Of a stretch of DNA of 37,452 nt, positions 27,058 through 34,801 are shown piece by piece. The position numbers and the translations under genes are program-made. How positions within the stretch are numbered: the stretch's first letter is position 1; every line of letters begins with the position of its first letter. Origin of the DNA: a virus (lineage: Duplodnaviria > Caudoviricetes); IMG/VR virus record IMGVR_UViG_3300043690_000025, positions 1 to 37,452 of that record. The stretch is one strand, 5' to 3'. The notes beneath the pieces were generated by a model, which did not search any database, had not been told where the DNA came from, and saw only the letters and a program-made list of their open reading frames with translations.

Positions 27058-27591
27058 TCAGGGCCAGTCCGCATCGTCCGGCGCGCGTTGCTTAGGCTGC
27101 AGCACCGGCCCGTCACCTTGACGCAGCGAGGCCACGTACTCGACCGTGCGACGGGCCATCGACCGCGGAACACAGACACCCTGCGTGCGATAGCCGTCAT
27201 TCAGCGCCGCGCGCAGCGGATACCGCATCCACCATGCGGGCAGACGGCTCCGCACCCGCCGGAAGAGGAACATCCAGACTTCATCGGGCACGATGAAATA
27301 CGCGAGCCAATCGGCACGACTGGAGAAGACCCAACCCTCTCGGCCGGTCACGTCATTGCTGACCAGTTCAAAAAACAGATTGCCCGTCCGCGCGGCCCGT
27401 TCGTCGCACTTGTAGTCAATCCCGACGGGACCCTCGGGCGTGACCGCAACGCGGTCAATGCCCTGCCATTGCTCGTCCATCGTGGCCTCGCGCAGGTCGT
27501 ACGCCTCGCGGAGCCACCTATCGAGCGTCGGCGCCCATCGCCGTTCGACGCCCTGACTCGCCGCGAACTGATGCACCATCTCTGGCTTCAT
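27058..27591 (-). CDS. PD-(D/E)xK nuclease-like protein
   Basis: QWQGID...IDYKCD...TGNLFFE...GW...ADWLAY. Confidence 0.6.
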   Translation of the reverse strand: MKPEMVHQFAASQGVERRWAPTLDRWLREAYDLREATMDEQWQGIDRVAVTPEGPVGIDYKCDERAARTGNLFFELVSNDVTGREGWVFSSRADWLAYFIVPDEVWMFLFRRVRSRLPAWWMRYPLRAALNDGYRTQGVCVPRSMARRTVEYVASLRQGDGPVLQPKQRAPDDADWP

Positions 27592-27596
27592 CAGTC

Positions 27597-28433
27597 TCAG
27601 TCCTCGAGGGTCAGGCGCTCCCAGCAGTGGCCCAGATCGGCAAACGCACGGCAGAAGTCCTCGATGTCGTCGCCCAGGTAGACGACCATTGATGGAAAGG
27701 GGGCTGGGTCCTCACTTCCAATGAAAGTTAAGCGCCCTTCGATAAAACAGACCGGGCAGACCCGACGGTACCAGTCCGTGAGCCGCTTAAACCATTGCGT
27801 ATCGGTCCGCGCGGGCACCAGCGCAATTGCCTCAGTCACGCCACCATCGCGCTCGTATTCCACACAGAGTTTCTCCACCCACGCATCAATCTCGCGTCCG
27901 TAGGGCGGGTTCATGTAGACGCGACCCTCCCAAGGCTGCGCGAGCCCATCGTCCACGGCGGTATAGTGGCGCGCGGCCGGGACGTTCGGTGTGCCGGGAT
28001 TACTGCACGGATCGAGATCAATCGCCCCGAGGCACTGGAGGACACGCTCGACAATCAGCGTCGGCGTACAGTGCTCAGGCGTCTCGCTGGAGAAATGGAC
28101 GGCCAACTTCTGACCCACGTTCGCCACCTCGTTATAGGCATCGCGGAAGCGCGGCCGTGGATTGTGATTAGTAAACTGTTCGAATACCTTCCGCGTCCAC
28201 ACCACATGACTCTGTGAGTACGGCTTACCTGTTCGCCCGTTGATCCACTGGGCGGCCAGTACCCGCGTTGACGGACCACCTGGCGCGTCCAACTGCTCGA
28301 CCACCTTCGCAGCCTGCTCCCACAATGCCGCGTCCGCATCGTCTTCGCCGCGAATCACCCGCAGTTCCAACGTATTGATCTCGCGCATCGCGAAATCGAA
28401 CACGGACTGCACGACGGCCGTCGTCTCTTTCAC
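27597..28433 (-). CDS. Phage Dam-like N6-adenine DNA methyltransferase with N-terminal extension
   Basis: TP...DLDPCS...DDGL..W...MNPPY...ARTDTQWF...GRL.F. Confidence 0.88.
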   Translation of the reverse strand: MKETTAVVQSVFDFAMREINTLELRVIRGEDDADAALWEQAAKVVEQLDAPGGPSTRVLAAQWINGRTGKPYSQSHVVWTRKVFEQFTNHNPRPRFRDAYNEVANVGQKLAVHFSSETPEHCTPTLIVERVLQCLGAIDLDPCSNPGTPNVPAARHYTAVDDGLAQPWEGRVYMNPPYGREIDAWVEKLCVEYERDGGVTEAIALVPARTDTQWFKRLTDWYRRVCPVCFIEGRLTFIGSEDPAPFPSMVVYLGDDIEDFCRAFADLGHCWERLTLED

Positions 28434-28442
28434 GCGCCTCTC

Positions 28443-28877
28443 CTACTGGGCCCGCCGCCAGGTGCCGCTCGCCGTCGCACTGAGCGCGCCCGCCCCCTGC
28501 GCGTACGCATCCCGAAACACCGTCCCGTTGATGAACACCGCGACCTGCACGATCCCGCTGGTCGTGACCGCATTACATTGGGCCTCGAGCAACACGAACA
28601 GCGTCGCCTGCTTCGATTGAAACGTCGCGAAGTAGGGCAACGACACCGCGGGCAGCACCGTCGTGCCGTCGATGTCGTCATCGGTGATGATCTGGACCGG
28701 AGCCCCGCCGCAATTCCCCGTCGCCCGGTATTCGATGGTGTCGGCCGTGGTCGTCGGCGAGGATGGACTCGTCGCCGTCATCGGGATCGGGGTGACGACG
28801 GGTCGATTGGAGTTGTCTTGACAGCCGAGGCCGCCGAGCGCCAGGGCCGTGCAGAGGGACGCGAGCGAATGTCTCAT
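28443..28877 (-). CDS. Lipoprotein with beta-sandwich-like domain
   Basis: Signal peptide ending LGGLG-C; Thr/Ser/Pro linker; GGAGGAG RBS. Confidence 0.7.
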   Translation of the reverse strand: MRHSLASLCTALALGGLGCQDNSNRPVVTPIPMTATSPSSPTTTADTIEYRATGNCGGAPVQIITDDDIDGTTVLPAVSLPYFATFQSKQATLFVLLEAQCNAVTTSGIVQVAVFINGTVFRDAYAQGAGALSATASGTWRRAQ

Positions 28878-29065
28878 ACACTCCTCCATGCGGCCTGCGC
28901 GCGCGCGCGGCGGCAGCTTCGACAGAACCAGAACCACGCGCCCGTCTGCGGATTGACCGTCAGCCGTTCGCGACAGCCGCGCGTCTGACACTGCCCGCGC
29001 GCATGGTGCCGGTCATGCCAGAGGCGATTGCGCGCACGACGGGCACGCAGCGCGCACGCCGTCAT
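28874..29065 (-). CDS. Small Cys/Arg-rich protein
   Basis: CQTRGC...CRSC; ATGA overlaps on both sides. Confidence 0.55.
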   Translation of the reverse strand: MTACALRARRARNRLWHDRHHARGQCQTRGCRERLTVNPQTGAWFWFCRSCRRARAQAAWRSV

Positions 29066-29355
29066 GGCACCCGCTCCGGGCGCCGCGACCGCCGCCGCGT
29101 CGGGGGAGCCCACTGCGCGCTCACAAACGTCAGCACCGCGTACCCGCCACACGTCCCGGCGACGGTCTCACACACCACGGCGGCATCGTGCCCGGTCAAC
29201 GGATACGCCGCGTGCCGATCCCGCGACCACGCTCCGGGGGCGGTGTAGTACTCCGGCGGCGCCCCGTGCGTGCGCCGACGCACCACGACGAACCGCTGCA
29301 CGCGGACCCGGGAGTCGTCCCCGGCGCACCGCGAGCCCACCGCTAGCCCATCCAT
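29062..29355 (-). CDS. Hypothetical protein
   Basis: Fills the gap between TerL-A and the next gene with overlaps. Confidence 0.5.
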   Translation of the reverse strand: MDGLAVGSRCAGDDSRVRVQRFVVVRRRTHGAPPEYYTAPGAWSRDRHAAYPLTGHDAAVVCETVAGTCGGYAVLTFVSAQWAPPTRRRSRRPERVP

Positions 29356-30629
29356 CCCTGCACGCCCGTCGGCAGCTTCGGGAGCTGCGGCGCCCGCGGC
29401 TTCTCCTTCGGCGTCTGCTGCCGCACCGCCAAGTACCGAAACGCACTCGCCCCGTGTTCCGCCCAGTCGTGTACCGGCTGCGCCTTGTATTCGTTCAAGC
29501 GCGTGTTGAAATCGCGCCGGTAGTGCTGTAGCGCCTCAAGCCCCGCCCGACACTTCTCCTCGTCGAACCAGCAGCGCGGGAACAGCATCCGCGCCGCATG
29601 GATGCCGTCCTCCAGCGGGATGTTCGGGCAAATCTGAAACTTGATGCCGAGACTCGCGGCCGTTTCGAGCCGCGACCGGCCGCTGCCGAGTTCTCTCACC
29701 TGGATGTCGTGCGGCGCGCCGTGCGTGCCGTAGACGTAGCCTTTCGCGTTGAGGATCTGCGCGTAGTGCGGGAGGCCTTCGCCGCTCGATTCGTAGTAGT
29801 CGATAAGTCGTACTTCCCCGCCGCGCGTTGACTGACTGAACCAGATGGCCGTCGAATCACCAACTCCCAAGTCCCAGTCCGTATCGACGGGCAGCACCGG
29901 ATCAACAGGCACGGATCCGCCAATCCGACCAGCGCGCCGTCCAGCCTCCAACTCACCGGCAAAAATGGCACCCTTGACGGACGCTTCGAAGCTGCACTCG
30001 TACTCTTGCGCGTACTCATCGGCCGTCATGTCCTTTCGCGCTGCGGCCAGTTCGTCCGCCGGAATAATCCCGGTCGCACTCGCCTTGAACTCCGCGAAAA
30101 ACCATTGCGGATCGCGCTTGGCCTGCTGCACCACTTCGTAAAACTGATTCTTCCCTGCCGGCGTGCCGAGAAAGAGCGCCCACCCTTGCCGGTCACTCAG
30201 CGCCGGCCGCACGACTTCGGTGAAGATGCGCGGCGGCATCAGGCCGTACTCGTCGAGTACCACGCCGTCGAAGTAGAGCCCGCGCAGACTGTCCGGATTG
30301 TCCGCGCCGTAGATGCGGACCTGGCCGCCGTTCGGATAATCCACCGCGAGCTCGGACACGCGCGACGTCACGCCGGGAATCGGCTGCGAGAAGTCCAGCA
30401 GATAGTCGAAGGCAATCGCTTTGCCCTGTGCGTAGGTCGGCGCGATGTACGCAAAGCGCGGGCGTTCGCGTGGACAGAGCAGCGCGCACTTAATCAGGTG
30501 ATTGACGGCCGCGACGGTTTTGCCGAGACGGCGATGGGCGACCACGACGCCGAAGCGGTGCGTCTCGAGGCCATCGTGAATGGCCCACTGCGCTTTACGC
30601 GGCGCGTAGTCGATCTCGACTTCAGGCAC
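29343..30629 (-). CDS. terL: Terminase large subunit A (428 aa)
   Basis: GTG start overlapping the MTase stop; HRRLGKT, APTYAQ, LRG...VVLDE, GTP; WDLG, PHD and HGASAFRY nuclease motifs. Confidence 0.93.
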   Translation of the reverse strand: MPEVEIDYAPRKAQWAIHDGLETHRFGVVVAHRRLGKTVAAVNHLIKCALLCPRERPRFAYIAPTYAQGKAIAFDYLLDFSQPIPGVTSRVSELAVDYPNGGQVRIYGADNPDSLRGLYFDGVVLDEYGLMPPRIFTEVVRPALSDRQGWALFLGTPAGKNQFYEVVQQAKRDPQWFFAEFKASATGIIPADELAAARKDMTADEYAQEYECSFEASVKGAIFAGELEAGRRAGRIGGSVPVDPVLPVDTDWDLGVGDSTAIWFSQSTRGGEVRLIDYYESSGEGLPHYAQILNAKGYVYGTHGAPHDIQVRELGSGRSRLETAASLGIKFQICPNIPLEDGIHAARMLFPRCWFDEEKCRAGLEALQHYRRDFNTRLNEYKAQPVHDWAEHGASAFRYLAVRQQTPKEKPRAPQLPKLPTGVQGWMG

Positions 30630-31188
30630 TGATTCGCTCAAACGGCAGACGCTGCGCGCCTGCGAGCCAGCGGTTATATTTGATGGCCGGACCACGCGTA
30701 AACCGAGGCCTCGGTTTCGGCTTGTCCGTCGCGGACGACCGGAAGACCTGCAGCACACGCGCCGCGCAGGAGTCCCCAACACGCACCAGCCATCCGCGCT
30801 CGAACGCACAGGCGCCATCGCCCGCAATCCAGATCGTGTGAAACCAAACCACCCGCTCACGCGCTACATAGGCTGCGGCTCGCAGAAGCTGCTGTTTCAT
30901 CTGCTGATTGAGGGGGAAATACGGCGGATCGAGAATGACCACATCGAACGCGTCTCGTCGAAACGGCGGTAACCAGGCATCCCCGAGTACGTGCGGACGG
31001 GTGCTGACATCGATGTCCAATTTCGTGCCCCACGTCGCGAATCCTCCGAACATCTGCAGCACGCGCTTGCCCTCCGTCAGCGCGCACAGGTGTTTCTCGA
31101 CGGCCGGCGGGAATGACCAGCGATTCGACTTCCCCTGACGGGCGTTCGCACACCAGAGCACGCCGACGTCTCTCGGTGGCCTACTCAT
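30622..31188 (-). CDS. Small amino-DNA methyltransferase-like protein
   Basis: VLQMFGG (motif I-like), GDA, FDVVILDPPY (motif IV); lies between TerS-A and TerL-A. Confidence 0.78.
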   Translation of the reverse strand: MSRPPRDVGVLWCANARQGKSNRWSFPPAVEKHLCALTEGKRVLQMFGGFATWGTKLDIDVSTRPHVLGDAWLPPFRRDAFDVVILDPPYFPLNQQMKQQLLRAAAYVARERVVWFHTIWIAGDGACAFERGWLVRVGDSCAARVLQVFRSSATDKPKPRPRFTRGPAIKYNRWLAGAQRLPFERISA

Positions 31189-31606
31189 CGCGCGCCCCTT
31201 TCCACTTGATGACCAGCGGCCCGCCGTCCGCGCCCGTCACCGCCACCGACTCGGTCGGCTTCCCCATCGTCCGGTCGAGCACATCGCGCACGGCCGCCAT
31301 CTGCACCGTCGGGAACTCGTCGCGATCCAGCAGCCGGTCGAGTGTGCCAAAGGCTTTCGGCTGCATGGCGAGCAGCCGTTCCTGCGCCTTCGCCTTGACG
31401 TGCGGCGCCGAGCCGCCATGCATCCGACACACGGTGCCCCCCGCAATCGCCGGGTTTTTGCACGGCTGGCCGTTCCGTTTGCCCGTCGCCGTACAGCGCG
31501 GCGCCCCCGGCGCGAGCAGCGGATGCATTTGCATGAGGCTCGCGGTTTGCGACGGGTCCGCATCCACCGTGGAGGCTTTGACTGGGCCACGCGGCGCGTG
31601 CTTCAT
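31181..31606 (-). CDS. terS: Terminase small subunit A (HGGxSTG-like Zn domain)
   Basis: RCTA...PCKNPA...CRMHGG; DVLDR.MGKP; VTGADGGPLVIKW tail typical of TerS. Confidence 0.72.
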   Translation of the reverse strand: MKHAPRGPVKASTVDADPSQTASLMQMHPLLAPGAPRCTATGKRNGQPCKNPAIAGGTVCRMHGGSAPHVKAKAQERLLAMQPKAFGTLDRLLDRDEFPTVQMAAVRDVLDRTMGKPTESVAVTGADGGPLVIKWKGARDE

Positions 31607-31628
31607 GGCTCCGCCTCGTCCGTATGCA

Positions 31629-31769
31629 TCACCGCCCAGATCTGCGCGCGTCGGGCGCATGAATCACCGCGCAATCCTCCGCGCACAGCAACTTGCGCCC
31701 GTCCGGATAGTTGACCCACGTCCACGGTCCCGGCGTATGCTGCATTTTCTGCTTCGCTGGCTGCTCCAT
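31629..31769 (-). CDS. Small HTPGPW-motif phage protein (46 aa; not in ORF track)
   Basis: Hand translation MEQPAKQKMQHTPGPWTWV...; AAGGAG RBS. Confidence 0.6.
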   Translation of the reverse strand: MEQPAKQKMQHTPGPWTWVNYPDGRKLLCAEDCAVIHAPDARRSGR

Positions 31770-31803
31770 GTCGCTCCTTCAGGCCGCGGACGGGGGCCGG
31801 GTA

Positions 31804-32064
31804 TCACCGGGCGGCTCCGATCACCTTCAGCGCCTCGTCCACTGTCCGCACCACCGGCCAGGGAATGTCCGTCTGCGCCGCCGTCAACCGCCCTGTGCCG
31901 GTTTTGATTTCCATCGGCGTGAACACCCAGCGGTAGAACACCAGCACATCGGGCAGACCGCGGCCGCCCACGCGCCACACGCGGGCCCCGACGCGGCGCA
32001 GAGCGTCCACGATCAGGCCTTCGGAGGCATCCCGCCGCTTACTGGCGCCGCCCGTGCGAAACAT
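31804..32064 (-). CDS. VRR-NUC-like nuclease/resolvase
   Basis: RDASE..IVDAL...GLPDVLV...EIKT..GRLTAAQ. Confidence 0.8.
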   Translation of the reverse strand: MFRTGGASKRRDASEGLIVDALRRVGARVWRVGGRGLPDVLVFYRWVFTPMEIKTGTGRLTAAQTDIPWPVVRTVDEALKVIGAAR

Positions 32065-32342
32065 CAGGACTTCCCCACCAAGTCGGCTTCGGGTTCTGCG
32101 GGCGCCTGGGCCTGGGCCTGCCGTGCGCGCCCCTGCGCGTGGAGTTCCGCCGCCGTGCGACCCGTTCGGCGAACCATCTGGCTCAGATCCGGATACGGAT
32201 GCGCCTCACGCCACTGGCGCTGCACCTCGCGGGTGTGCGCCGCCGCAGCGGCCACCTGGGCAAAGAAGTCCGGCGGCAGCGAAGGATAGCGGGCTCGCAG
32301 CTGCGCCAGACCCGTTCGAGAAAGGCCGCCTACTTGTTCCAT
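32064..32342 (-). CDS. Hypothetical protein
   Basis: GGAG RBS; TGATG overlap with VRR-NUC. Confidence 0.55.
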   Translation of the reverse strand: MEQVGGLSRTGLAQLRARYPSLPPDFFAQVAAAAAHTREVQRQWREAHPYPDLSQMVRRTGRTAAELHAQGRARQAQAQAPAEPEADLVGKS

Positions 32343-32977
32343 ACGTATCTCCGTCGGAAGTCCTGGATCGCCTCGTCCGTCAAGGGCGTGCACGACGGCA
32401 TCGTCTTCAGCACCGGCTCGAGATCCGTCCCGCCGAAAAGCCGCGTGAGCAACTCGCAGGCTTGCGCGTGTGTCGGCTCCGGCGTCTCGGGCGCGATATC
32501 CACGACTGACACGTAAGGACGCCCCCGGTCGCTGGTCCGCATCGCCGTCACCATCAGGATGGCCTTGTTGAGCAGGTCGGGCCGCTGGGGGATGTCATGG
32601 TCCGCACAGAATTGCTTGGCGTCGGCCGACAGGTCCGCAAACGAGGCCCACTGATTGCTCGCCAACACCGTCCGCGCGACGGTCAGATAGATGCCGAGGT
32701 CGGTGTTGGCGGCGGCGTCCTCATGGTGCGTGCGATGGCAGACGAAGCACACCACCTCAAGGTCGGTCGACCATTCGCGACCCAACCGCACGTAGGTGCG
32801 ATGATGCACCTGCAGATCGCGTCGACGCCCGCACCGCTGGCACGCATAGCCAGCGTCCGCCAAGGCGCGATTCCGGACGCGGCGCCAGGCGTCGGTGTTC
32901 AAATAGTGGCGGTAGGACACCGGCGCGCGTTCTTCGCGCCGGGCTCTAATACCTGGATCATCAGTACTGAGTGCCAT
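32330..32977 (-). CDS. HNH endonuclease (possibly the C-terminal half of a Rep-HNH fusion)
   Basis: YLNTDAWRRVR...CQRC...LQVHHRTY...DLEVVCFVCH. Confidence 0.85.
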   Translation of the reverse strand: MALSTDDPGIRARREERAPVSYRHYLNTDAWRRVRNRALADAGYACQRCGRRRDLQVHHRTYVRLGREWSTDLEVVCFVCHRTHHEDAAANTDLGIYLTVARTVLASNQWASFADLSADAKQFCADHDIPQRPDLLNKAILMVTAMRTSDRGRPYVSVVDIAPETPEPTHAQACELLTRLFGGTDLEPVLKTMPSCTPLTDEAIQDFRRRYVWNK

Positions 32978-33012
32978 GAAACAAGACCTACCGTATGACT
33001 CTGTACGTAGTA

Positions 33013-33456
33013 CTAGGATCGGATTGGATCGGATTGGGTTGACGTAACACGCCGCGAACTTCGCGCGCTGTTCGCGGGATGTTCGCGCGAGCCATTCGGC
33101 GGTGTTCGCGAGATGTTCGCGAGATGTTCGCGCGCACGCGTCATGCGTTGGCGCGCCGCGTCCTTCCGCTTCACCACCGCGGCCCGCGACTCCTGCCAGT
33201 CGAGGTAGTCGTGCATCCGATAGTCGCCCGTCCGGCCCTCCGCGTCGGCGTCCCACAGGTGCACCGTCACCAGTTCCTGGATCCTGGCCTTCGTTGCACT
33301 CCGAAAGGCCCGCACGGCCAGATCCGTGATGCGTCCGTCCGTCAAATGCCGCGTGCAATAGATGCCGCCCTCAATCCAGAGGCGAAACGCCCCGTCCGAC
33401 AGCGCCTGCACTTTGGGGTGATAGATCGCCGCGTCATCGAGACGGAACCACGCCAT
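33013..33456 (-). CDS. Replication initiator, N-terminal domain
   Basis: MAWFRLDD...HPKV..LSDGAFRLW...TDG...HDYLDWQ; contains iteron-like repeats. Confidence 0.75.
   Translation of the reverse strand: MAWFRLDDAAIYHPKVQALSDGAFRLWIEGGIYCTRHLTDGRITDLAVRAFRSATKARIQELVTVHLWDADAEGRTGDYRMHDYLDWQESRAAVVKRKDAARQRMTRAREHLANISRTPPNGSREHPANSARSSRRVTSTQSDPIRS
33069..33132. repeat. Iteron-like repeats, putative replication origin
   Basis: TGTTCGCG at 33069, 33080, 33103, 33114 and 33125 (11-nt period within groups); AT-richer stretch near 32945-33015. Confidence 0.75.
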
Positions 33457-33458
33457 CC

Positions 33459-33602
33459 CTAGACCCTCCGCAAGGTGCGTATCCACCGCCGCCACCAAGA
33501 CCCCTCGCGTCGTCGCCGCTCGAGCTCCAACCACCAGCGAATGGCGTACAGCCGCGAGTCCGGAAACTCGCGCATCAGCCACCGCAGCGTGCCCCGCGTC
33601 AT
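33459..33602 (-). CDS. Small Trp/Arg-rich protein
   Basis: ATGA overlap with the upstream gene. Confidence 0.5.
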   Translation of the reverse strand: MTRGTLRWLMREFPDSRLYAIRWWLELERRRREGSWWRRWIRTLRRV

Positions 33603-33850
33603 GCCAGCGGCGCGGTGTCGGCCGCGGCCTGGTCGATGTCGTCGAGATGCAGCCGGGGATTGACCCGGCAGTCCTCGCAAAGAAACTCCGGATTCAGCCC
33701 ATCCGGCCGATGGAAGGCATCACAGACGGCTGCCGGCCAGCCGTCATGGTTAGAGGTGAAAGTGCCGTCGCATTCCGTCCGTTGGCCGCGTCGTTGACAC
33801 GGATGCGTGTGAATCTGTTTAGTGCGCGCCAAGTCGCATCTCCTCTTCAA
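33599..33850 (-). CDS. Small Cys/His-rich protein
   Basis: HPC...EC...VC...CEDC; start may be TTG 33832. Confidence 0.55.
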   Translation of the reverse strand: MKRRCDLARTKQIHTHPCQRRGQRTECDGTFTSNHDGWPAAVCDAFHRPDGLNPEFLCEDCRVNPRLHLDDIDQAAADTAPLA

Positions 33851-34166
33851 TCGATTTCAAAATCGCCTTCAGTGTCCGGACCAGCTCCACCACCAGCTTC
33901 TCCGTCGCCCGCGCTTCCTGCCGCGCCGCATACTCCGGCGAGAGCTCCGCGCGAATGCGCGCGCGGTTCGCCTTCTGCTCCGTGTCCAGCGCCTGCGCCA
34001 GGACGGCGGTAAACGCCGCGTCGGCCCGTGTCACTTCCGTCGTGCAGTTCCCGAGCAGTGACGTCAGCGTCATCAGCAGTTCACGCGCGCGAGCGGGGAC
34101 CACGTCACCCGTTAAGAGTTCCCGCTGGATGGCTTTCACCCGCTCGCGCACCGTGAGCTCGCTCAT
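33819..34166 (-). CDS. Hypothetical helical protein
   Basis: MSELTVRERV start; ATGA overlap with the exonuclease stop. Confidence 0.7.
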   Translation of the reverse strand: MSELTVRERVKAIQRELLTGDVVPARARELLMTLTSLLGNCTTEVTRADAAFTAVLAQALDTEQKANRARIRAELSPEYAARQEARATEKLVVELVRTLKAILKSIEEEMRLGAH

Positions 34167-34801
34167 GCCGCCGCCGTCATCAATCCGCGAATCTCGCGCT
34201 CTTCCGCGTCCACTTCCGAGAGAAACAGCCGCACCGCCAGTTCGTGCGCGTGCAGCTCCTGCGCGGTCGCCGTCACGCGCGTGATCTTCAGCCGCAACGG
34301 CGCCGGAAAATCCGGGTGGTAGCTCACAAACTCGCCCCACGCGCGCCCCGAGAGCCAGAGACACTGCAGAATCTGCAGGCGATACTCCTCCGGCAACCCG
34401 CCACGCAGATACTCGAGATGCGTCGCCGCCTTCGGGCACTTGATCTCGATGACGCCGTCGGCATCGACGAAGCCATCGGGACTCGCGCCGGTGAGTAACT
34501 CGGGATGCGACAAGAAGCCGACCGGCGACACGAGCCGACCGGTTTCGATTTCGTAGGTGGCCCGCGCCTCCGATTCGAGCTCGATGCCGCGCAGCATGTC
34601 CGCCGACACGAAGCCGTTTTCCTGTGATTGGCCGGTGATCCGCTCGAGCACCAGGCGCGTCCGCAAGTTTTTGCGCCCAGCGCCCCACCCGCTCTTGGTT
34701 TTGGCAAACGCGTCGGCAATCACGGACGCCGTCAGACGGCCGAGGCGAGCGGCCACCCACTCGGGTGACCGCTGGTCAGCGTGAATGATGGTCGCGATCA
34801 C
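34163..34801 (-). CDS. YqaJ/lambda-type exonuclease
   Basis: QRSPEW..RLGRLTAS; G.ELE..AR..Y; GASPDG; IEIKCP; Y..Q. Confidence 0.93.
   Translation of the reverse strand: MIATIIHADQRSPEWVAARLGRLTASVIADAFAKTKSGWGAGRKNLRTRLVLERITGQSQENGFVSADMLRGIELESEARATYEIETGRLVSPVGFLSHPELLTGASPDGFVDADGVIEIKCPKAATHLEYLRGGLPEEYRLQILQCLWLSGRAWGEFVSYHPDFPAPLRLKITRVTATAQELHAHELAVRLFLSEVDAEEREIRGLMTAAA

Noticed and set aside
22578-30629. The two TerLs as halves of one split or intron-interrupted gene
   Set aside because: Each has its own Walker A, Walker B and nuclease motifs, and its own upstream TerS.
30630-30860. N-terminal 77 aa of the 505-aa TerL ORF in the track
   Set aside because: It overlaps the MTase gene; terminase-like sequence begins at GTG 30629.
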